Positions 46,825 through 52,960 of a stretch of 52,960 nucleotides of DNA are shown piece by piece. This DNA comes from a virus (Duplodnaviria; Caudoviricetes). The notes beneath the pieces were generated by a model. The model did not search any database. It saw nothing but the letters and a program-made list of their open reading frames with translations, and was not told where the DNA came from. Location: IMG/VR virus record IMGVR_UViG_3300016656_000176, positions 1 to 52,960 of that record. One strand, written 5' to 3'. The position numbers and the translations under genes are program-made. Position 1 is the first letter of the stretch; every line of letters starts with the position of its first letter.

Positions 46825-47127
46825 ATGAACAAAGAACAGGCTTACGACAGCTTGATAAGTCCTCTCATACTGCAAATCATCAGCATCTGCAAGGATCAAG
46901 GCATTGCAATGATGGCCAGCTTTGACATTGCACACGACGGCGAAGGCCCTAATGGCGAGGACTGTTCCGGACTGATATGCACCAGCCTGCTACCAGATGG
47001 CGACGGCGTGCCTAACCACGATTTTAAGCAGGCTAATGCGCTCATTCGTCGAGGCCACCGACCTTCCCCAATGATGATCACCACCGATCATAGCGATGGG
47101 TCAAAGACTATGACGGCGATCATCTGA
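46825..47127 (+). CDS. Hypothetical protein inserted between hairpin elements
   Basis: 100 aa; absent from the same position in prophage A. Confidence 0.75.
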   Translation: MNKEQAYDSLISPLILQIISICKDQGIAMMASFDIAHDGEGPNGEDCSGLICTSLLPDGDGVPNHDFKQANALIRRGHRPSPMMITTDHSDGSKTMTAII

Positions 47128-47173
47128 TTTCGCTGGCTGGCCTTGGGAACAGGGCCAGACGGGAAAACAACCG
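47128..47173 (+). repeat. 46-bp hairpin element (copy 3)
   Basis: TTTCGCTG-N24-CGGGAAAACAACCG, immediately after the stop codon. Confidence 0.7.
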
Positions 47174-47183
47174 GGTGAACATC

Positions 47184-47567
47184 ATGGAATCGACAATCGT
47201 AGACGGTGCATGGAAAGGCCACCTCGGCCGAGGCCTTGCGCCGCGGGAACTGCAATTTCTTCTTGCCGTGGCACAAGGCATGACCGCAAAGGAAATCGCC
47301 AGAGCGTTCGGCATTGCGCCGGGCACCGTGGTCAAGCGACTGGCCTGCGCCATGTACAAGCTCGGCGTTAACCGCCAGGGCGCTATGATCGCCGAAGCGA
47401 TGCGCCGACAGATCATCACCCCGCTCTGCTTGCTACTGGTCGCTGTGATGACCATGCAAGGCCTGGACGACAGCGGGATGACTCGCCGTGATCGCCGCCC
47501 AACTGAGCGACGAGGGGCTGAAGTGAGATTGGCCCGGCGGGCTAATCTATTAGAACTGGCTGCCTAG
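47184..47567 (+). CDS. LuxR-type HTH protein with Arg-rich tail
   Basis: Homolog of 5821-6204. Confidence 0.8.
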   Translation: MESTIVDGAWKGHLGRGLAPRELQFLLAVAQGMTAKEIARAFGIAPGTVVKRLACAMYKLGVNRQGAMIAEAMRRQIITPLCLLLVAVMTMQGLDDSGMTRRDRRPTERRGAEVRLARRANLLELAA

Positions 47568-47621
47568 CGAAACACCGCAAACACACCCACCGCTCTCAGT
47601 TGAGTGAGAAGGAGAACGCGC

Positions 47622-47936
47622 ATGCAAGACACCTCAGAATTGCCGAAAGTCCCGCCCCCCTCTTTAGCTGCTCGAGTCGAAGCAGCTCTAATGACGCTCG
47701 CCCAGCAAGGCGATCCGGGGCTTCGAACAAAACTGTCACTCATGTATCCGAGCACAGAGATCGATAAGGCCAGCCTCTTGAAGTTCGCAACTATCGTTCT
47801 AGCTCGGACAATAGTTGCTTCATTACAAGCTTTGCCTCACTCGGACTCTGAGACGATTTCGAAAGGGTTAATTCAATATCTTCAGGCAAGATACGAATGT
47901 CCATTACCCCATACCAAAACCCATCAGTTAGATTGA
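47622..47936 (+). CDS. Hypothetical protein
   Basis: AAGGAG SD; overlaps a convergent ORF. Confidence 0.45.
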   Translation: MQDTSELPKVPPPSLAARVEAALMTLAQQGDPGLRTKLSLMYPSTEIDKASLLKFATIVLARTIVASLQALPHSDSETISKGLIQYLQARYECPLPHTKTHQLD

Positions 47937-48030
47937 CCGCATCTCCAATCTTGATTGCCTGATCGGTCTCTAAATACTCAGGATTCATATCGTCGTCATC
48001 GTACTTGAATTCCAATTTGAGTTTACGCAT
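47791..48030 (-). CDS. Antisense moron, acidic hypothetical protein
   Basis: GAGGG SD; 79 aa. Confidence 0.6.
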   Translation of the reverse strand: MRKLKLEFKYDDDDMNPEYLETDQAIKIGDAVNLTDGFWYGVMDIRILPEDIELTLSKSSQSPSEAKLVMKQLLSELER

Positions 48031-48156
48031 ACGCTGATAATCCCTCTTTGCTGGCTGTTATGTGTGAGAGCTACCAGCCTAGCGCAAAGCCCCTCACTTG
48101 GGCAGTGGTGAGGTGGTCGCTGACCCAATGTTCAAAATACAACGGAGAGTAAAATC

Positions 48157-48168
48157 ATGAAAACTTAA
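48157..48168 (+). other. Minigene ATG AAA ACT TAA
   Basis: GGAG SD; same position as 6551. Confidence 0.5.
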
Positions 48169-48232
48169 ACAATGACGGGCATGCCCGCACAGCCAGGCTC
48201 TTACATACGGTGGAGTTTTAAGAGTGCAACAC

Positions 48233-48256
48233 AGCCCGGTTTCGACTGGGCTTTTT
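48233..48256 (+). terminator. tL1-like terminator
   Basis: Identical to 6627-6650. Confidence 0.8.
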
Positions 48257-48340
48257 CATGCCTGCAGTTATTCGTCAGCCCTCCCTTTACGCAAGGCCTG
48301 AGCGCTGACGAATACCCGTTACCCAAGTCGAGGATCGACC

Positions 48341-48688
48341 ATGCATCCATCAATCGTCCAGCGCATCACCGTTCTCGACGGGTTGCGCGCACGTGCTCAC
48401 CAGGCCACGGCCGAGTTCTACCAAAAGCCCGGCGTAATGCCGCCGCCATTGGCGCCACTCTTTATCGTCAAGCCGATAGGCAACAATGCCTTTGAAGTCG
48501 TTGAGCGGGCCACAGACAGGGTCATCACAACGCGCACTGGTATCAGCTCCGCAGTAAGTCATTCCTATGAGCTGGAAGCGAAAGCGCGGAAGTTCAACGT
48601 TAAGCAGTTCGGAAAACTTCTGAGCAGCTGGACTATGCGCATCGGCGTCACGCTGACCGTGTTCGCCTTCTTCGGCAGCCATCTGTGA
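48341..48688 (+). CDS. Phage protein with C-terminal hydrophobic helix
   Basis: Homolog of 6735-7082. Confidence 0.8.
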   Translation: MHPSIVQRITVLDGLRARAHQATAEFYQKPGVMPPPLAPLFIVKPIGNNAFEVVERATDRVITTRTGISSAVSHSYELEAKARKFNVKQFGKLLSSWTMRIGVTLTVFAFFGSHL

Positions 48689-48769
48689 GCCGCACCAAAA
48701 CCTCAGTGCTGCGCCGCCTTCGCCAAGCACAGCATCACCTGCCACCCAGCGGAATTGAAGAGGTAGGCC

Positions 48770-49099
48770 ATGACAGCAACACAGAAAGAGCGCTCGGCCA
48801 AGTCAGCCAAGAAGCGCTTATCGGTGAGCGAGGAAGAGCTGAGGTTCCGAGTTCGCCCGGGCACTCGCCAAGCATTGGCCGACCTGATGGAGTGGTCAGG
48901 CATTACTTAGCAAGGCGAGGCGATGACCTTGATGATTCATCACCTTCACGCTCTTGGCTCTGCCCGCTGCCAACCTCTAATGAGTCCGCCGCGCCACGTT
49001 TTCGAGCCTTCCGAAAAGGTGGCGCGGGAGTTTCGCAATAAAAGCCTTCTTGCCATCCAGAACGATCCCGGCGACGAGATAATCGAGCCGCAATGCTAG
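48770..49099 (+). pseudogene. Phage protein with in-frame TAG at 48908
   Basis: MTATQKERSAK...GIT*QGEAM...; frame continues to 49099. Confidence 0.6.
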
Positions 49100-49923
49100 C
49101 TTTCTGCAGTTGATGAAGTACCAATCACATCTCTATCTGCAATGAGTGACTTAGCAAAGTGTAGAAGTTGATGTCTAAAGGAAGGCATTAAATTTGATCC
49201 ATATAACTTATGTTTAATCTCATCAAGTTCAGCGCCATTATTCACAAGCTGCAACACTTGATTTTTACTATTAATCCTGCCAACCGCAGTATTTTCCAGA
49301 AGTCTGCCATCTGCCTTGGAATCATAGACAGCAGTGTCTTTTTCAAGCATTGATACCCTCCGACCCAATGCGCGAGTATTCTCCAGTATCTCCGTTAATA
49401 TATCTTTTTCTTTTCGCGGAGCGACTACCTCATTCTGAGGATTATCATCTAGCGCCCTAGTGAAATCCTCGAGGAAACTAGGCCAATAAACATCAAAAAT
49501 CTTCTCAAGAACTCGCTCTTCCAGTGCATGCTCGCCCATGCACACATTCAAAGTTTTAACTAGCTCCCTCACACTCTGCTCATTTGGCTGAGTGTGATTA
49601 AACTGTGCGAGAGGATCTATCAAATCTGAGGAGTTCAAATCAACTAGAAAAGTACAAACTCTGTTTCCAGTGAGCCCTTTAGCTAACGCCCCAGCTTCGA
49701 ACAGAATCCAAGGTTTATCTTTATTTTCCTGCGTTAAACATACGATTCCAACCGAAACATCTCTCAGCTTTTCATTGATCTCCGAGAACCAAAGCGACCC
49801 TCGCTCGATATGTCGTGTTGAAATCCATGGCTGAGATGATTGAAGCACGCATTTAATCCAATCGCTCATAATTTCGGCGACGGCAAGACTTCGCTTGCCT
49901 GACCAACTGATAAATATCTTCAA
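49096..49923 (-). CDS. TIR-domain protein, candidate defence moron
   Basis: KIFISWSG...GIVCLT...PWILFEAGAL (catalytic Glu position); AT-rich. Confidence 0.85.
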   Translation of the reverse strand: MKIFISWSGKRSLAVAEIMSDWIKCVLQSSQPWISTRHIERGSLWFSEINEKLRDVSVGIVCLTQENKDKPWILFEAGALAKGLTGNRVCTFLVDLNSSDLIDPLAQFNHTQPNEQSVRELVKTLNVCMGEHALEERVLEKIFDVYWPSFLEDFTRALDDNPQNEVVAPRKEKDILTEILENTRALGRRVSMLEKDTAVYDSKADGRLLENTAVGRINSKNQVLQLVNNGAELDEIKHKLYGSNLMPSFRHQLLHFAKSLIADRDVIGTSSTAES

Positions 49924-50019
49924 CGTAATACCCTTTCAACTTGAACCGATTCGTATCCCACGTAATACCCTATCCAAAACCAAATTGCCACCATGCCAAA
50001 TCCAGAAACGGAGGGCAGC

Positions 50020-50239
50020 ACTTACGGTCCGACAGCTCTCGCCGCTATTCGATGCCCCGCAGTACGCCGAGCAGTTCATTACGCTGGCTCGCAAGACCAT
50101 TCAATGTCGAGACCTTCGCATCAGAGCAAAGCGCGTAATGACTGATGCAGACAACAAGCCAATCATCAACCCAAAAACCAAAGCGCCAAAAGTTGGGTTC
50201 TGTGAGTGGCAGCCTGACGCACGAACTCAAGCGGCTTAA
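50020..50239 (+). pseudogene. 3' remnant of the MSTFAVFGMT-family gene
   Basis: RQLSPLFDAPQYAEQF matches 9080-9290; 5' half missing next to the TIR moron. Confidence 0.65.
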
Positions 50240-50286
50240 CCCTTCCTCTACTCAAAGCCAGCCGCTATAGCGGCAAGGACGAAGTC

Positions 50287-51027
50287 ATGCCTAAACATAA
50301 GCCAGAACTGGCAGCTATCTACCGCGTGTTCGGCCTCAGCTCCAATCATGAGTTGTCGACACTCTTGATCAATATCGAAACCGCCAAACGTTTTTCCGAC
50401 CTACTGCATGCCGTCGAGCGCGAATTCTTCATGATCCCGGGTGAGCCTTCGGAAGAGCCCGAAGACGCTGGCCAGCCGGTCGATGACAGATGCTCAGTGA
50501 ACTGCTGGGGATCGACACCGGCTGAATACCTCAAACAGTTAAAAGCCGCATTACCAATAGCTGCCGCGAACGCTGTACCTGCCTACGAGGCGCTCATAGC
50601 CGGTGAAAAGTGGTCGCTGGATGGTGAAAACGGCTCTTGGGATTACGACAGCCTCGACGAACTACTAAAAGACAACTACGGCCACGACAGCGATGGTGAC
50701 GGGCACCCAGCCAGCTACAGGCCTGGCCTATACGAAGGCGGCACGGTCTATCGCGGGATTGTGTGCAAGGACGACCCGGCTCGCTTCCTGCCGGACGCCG
50801 ACGATGTGACCGAGCGAATGTACGAAAACGCCTGTGATAGCGATGCTGGCGAATGGGTTGACGCCTATCCAGACCTAAGCAAAGCGGCAGAAGCAGAGCT
50901 GCAGATCGTGCTAGCCCCGCTAAAGGCATGGGCGCGTAAGCATTGCCAGCCTGACTTCTTCACGATCAAGGGCATCACGCCACACACCGTCACTGCTGAG
51001 GATGTCAGTCGGAGCAGGAAGTCATGA
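50287..51027 (+). CDS. Acidic phage hypothetical protein
   Basis: 246 aa; AAGGA SD. Confidence 0.75.
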   Translation: MPKHKPELAAIYRVFGLSSNHELSTLLINIETAKRFSDLLHAVEREFFMIPGEPSEEPEDAGQPVDDRCSVNCWGSTPAEYLKQLKAALPIAAANAVPAYEALIAGEKWSLDGENGSWDYDSLDELLKDNYGHDSDGDGHPASYRPGLYEGGTVYRGIVCKDDPARFLPDADDVTERMYENACDSDAGEWVDAYPDLSKAAEAELQIVLAPLKAWARKHCQPDFFTIKGITPHTVTAEDVSRSRKS

Positions 51028-51263
51028 CCGGCAAGCCAAATCCAACCGATGCCGAAATCAAAGAACAGATCGTGTATTGGGGATCGCAACAAATGACCTA
51101 TGTCATTCGTAACGGCCTGAGCATGGCTGGACACAAGGGCCTAAAAACCGACTGGGTACGCCGCCAACTTGAACGCATGGAGCGCGCCGGTGAGGTAAAG
51201 CGAGTGCCTTCAGTCTACGCCCGGCAGATCTGCTGGGCTTTAGCTGATCCGGTACCGACATGA
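51024..51263 (+). CDS. Small winged-helix-like phage protein
   Basis: ATGA overlaps at both ends. Confidence 0.65.
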   Translation: MTGKPNPTDAEIKEQIVYWGSQQMTYVIRNGLSMAGHKGLKTDWVRRQLERMERAGEVKRVPSVYARQICWALADPVPT

Positions 51264-51409
51264 CCCACCAACCCAAAGGCGGCATGTGCTGCGCCTGCAA
51301 GCACGCTCGCCGCGACTGCAGCGCACTTCCCTTCAAGACTATGCCGCCGGTTCAGCGTGATGCTAGGACGATCATCGTGCGGTGCACTGAATTCAAACGG
51401 CAGCCATAA
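51260..51409 (+). CDS. 49-aa Cys-rich phage protein
   Basis: MTHQPKGGMCCACKH...C...RCTEF. Confidence 0.6.
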   Translation: MTHQPKGGMCCACKHARRDCSALPFKTMPPVQRDARTIIVRCTEFKRQP

Positions 51410-51512
51410 CCCCCACTTCAACTATCAGCCTGCCGGTGATCGGCGGGCGAGGATTCGCTATGCCAGCAAATTGCGAATACAGCATGTCCCCCAGCCAGCG
51501 TCGAGGTAGTTA

Positions 51513-51911
51513 ATGGCAAACGCAGAAGTTAGAGCCGAGCAATACCCGCCACGAATCCTGCGCGCTGGCAAAGCCCCTGCGTACCTAGGCATGTCGCGAG
51601 GCGCATTCGCCGAAATGGTGCGCCCTTACGTCCAAGAAATTCGCATAGGAATACAAGGCGTTGGGTTCGATAGATACGAGCTCGACCAGTGGACAGATAA
51701 CTACATCAAGACCAAATCGGTTGATAAAGCATCGCCGCAGGACAACAATCCGCCCTGCAGTGGGCGCCCGGGAGAGAAACAATGGCGCGAAAAACGATCT
51801 CCGGCCTCTACGAGAGGAACGGTATCTGGCACATCGACAAGGTCGTCAGAGGTACACGACTTCAAGAAAGCACTGGAACTAGCGAAAGGGAAGAAGCCGA
51901 GCAGTACCTGA
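51513..51911 (+). CDS. Excisionase/AlpA-like protein overlapping int
   Basis: Homolog of 14195-14599. Confidence 0.65.
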   Translation: MANAEVRAEQYPPRILRAGKAPAYLGMSRGAFAEMVRPYVQEIRIGIQGVGFDRYELDQWTDNYIKTKSVDKASPQDNNPPCSGRPGEKQWREKRSPASTRGTVSGTSTRSSEVHDFKKALELAKGKKPSST

Positions 51912-52960
51912 TTTTCCGGCTTGAGAAACTAAGACAGGAAAAGGTTTACGGCGTGCGACAGGTGCGAACTTGGCGCGAGGCGGCAACAAGGTTCTTGGTG
52001 GAGTTCCAGCATCAGCCATCAATTGCCCTGTCTGCCCTGCACATTGAACAGCTCGATCCTTACCTTGGTGATCTACCCATAACGCACATCGATGACGTGA
52101 CACTGGCGCAGTATATCAAGGACCGGCAAACGCCTGGGCTGACAAAGACAGGCAAGGTTAAACCCGGAGTATCAAATAGGACGGTCAATATCGCCCTGCA
52201 ACGAGTCGTCAGGATTTTGAACCTGTGCGCAAGAAAATGGCGAGACGCTGAACAAAGGCCTTGGCTTGAGTCTGTGCCGATGATCAGCATGCTGGACGAG
52301 AAGTCGGACTGCCGAAAGCCCTACCCCCTTTCATGGGAGGAGCAGTCAGTGTTGTTTGCTGAGTTGCCAGCCCACTTGCAGCGCATGGCCATGTTCAAGG
52401 TGAACACAGGGTGTCGCGAGCAAGAGGTCTGCAAGTTACGCTGGGATTGGGAGATTTACGTGCCCGAGCTGGATACCAGTGTGTTTCTGATTCCAGCAGG
52501 ATTTGGCGGGAGACGGGAAAACTCAGGCGTTAAAAACGGTGAGGATCGTCTGGTGGTGCTGAACGGAGTGGCCAAGTCAGTTATCGAGAAACAACGCGGC
52601 CTGAGTAAGGAATGGGTTTTCCCTTATGACGGTACCGGGATGCATCGGATGAACGATTCGGCCTGGAAGAAAGCGCGGGTACGCGCAGCGAAGATATGGC
52701 AGGAGAAATATCTGCGCCCTGCTTTGCCGGGTTTCGCATCGATCCGGGTTCACGACCTGAAGCACACCTTTGGCAGAAGGCTGCGCGCAGCAGGCGTGAC
52801 ACTGGAAGATCGAAAGGCATTGCTTGGGCATAAGAACGGAAGCATTACGAGCCACTATTCTACCGCAGAGCTTGGGCAACTGATCGAAGCGGCGAACAAA
52901 GCATCGTCAACTGATTCGCGGGGGCCCGCGTTGACGATCTTGAGGAGGAAAACTGGGTGA
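51782..52960 (+). CDS. int: Phage integrase
   Basis: 392 aa; close homolog of 14470-15648. Confidence 0.92.
   Translation: MARKTISGLYERNGIWHIDKVVRGTRLQESTGTSEREEAEQYLIFRLEKLRQEKVYGVRQVRTWREAATRFLVEFQHQPSIALSALHIEQLDPYLGDLPITHIDDVTLAQYIKDRQTPGLTKTGKVKPGVSNRTVNIALQRVVRILNLCARKWRDAEQRPWLESVPMISMLDEKSDCRKPYPLSWEEQSVLFAELPAHLQRMAMFKVNTGCREQEVCKLRWDWEIYVPELDTSVFLIPAGFGGRRENSGVKNGEDRLVVLNGVAKSVIEKQRGLSKEWVFPYDGTGMHRMNDSAWKKARVRAAKIWQEKYLRPALPGFASIRVHDLKHTFGRRLRAAGVTLEDRKALLGHKNGSITSHYSTAELGQLIEAANKASSTDSRGPALTILRRKTG

Larger units (their letters stand above)
15728..52960. mobile_element. Prophage B, SfV/P27-like temperate myovirus (~37 kb)
   Basis: Tail, head, packaging, lysis, replication, immunity and int modules; right att expected just beyond the window. 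Confidence 0.92.

Noticed and set aside
1-52960. CRISPR array
   Set aside because: No regularly spaced repeat-spacer series seen; repeats are iterons, operators or dispersed hairpins

Overview
Pseudomonas-type DNA containing two lambdoid prophages in tandem and in the same orientation, joined at a 47-bp att core equal to the 3' half of tRNA-Pro(GGG) (15728-15774). Prophage A (1-~15774) is partial: replication, immunity, early operon and integrase only. Prophage B (~15728->52960) appears nearly complete, with an SfV/P27-like myovirus layout: Mu-like contractile tail, HK97-fold head, cos/HNH packaging, holin-SAR endolysin-spanins, Q-like antiterminator, replication genes, a lambda-like cI/cro/operator set, early operon and integrase. 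The two appear heteroimmune but share a regulatory scaffold, so comparing them exposes unexplained elements: (i) a second, catalytically intact tyrosine recombinase in the replication operon of each, ending in a spacing-conserved att-like motif; (ii) a 46-bp fixed-geometry hairpin that brackets a cassette-like inserted gene; (iii) a ~200-nt tRNA-shaped RNA with complementary loops; (iv) in place of cII, a LexA box, a ~45-nt antisense RNA and a leader peptide coupled to rep; (v) a LuxR-HTH/hydrophobic/Arg-rich protein at the lambda N position after boxA; (vi) a conserved 3-codon minigene. AT-rich antisense morons encode a HEPN (RxxxxH) protein and a solo TIR protein, both candidate defence genes. 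All calls come from reading the sequence and recognising motifs; no searches were run.
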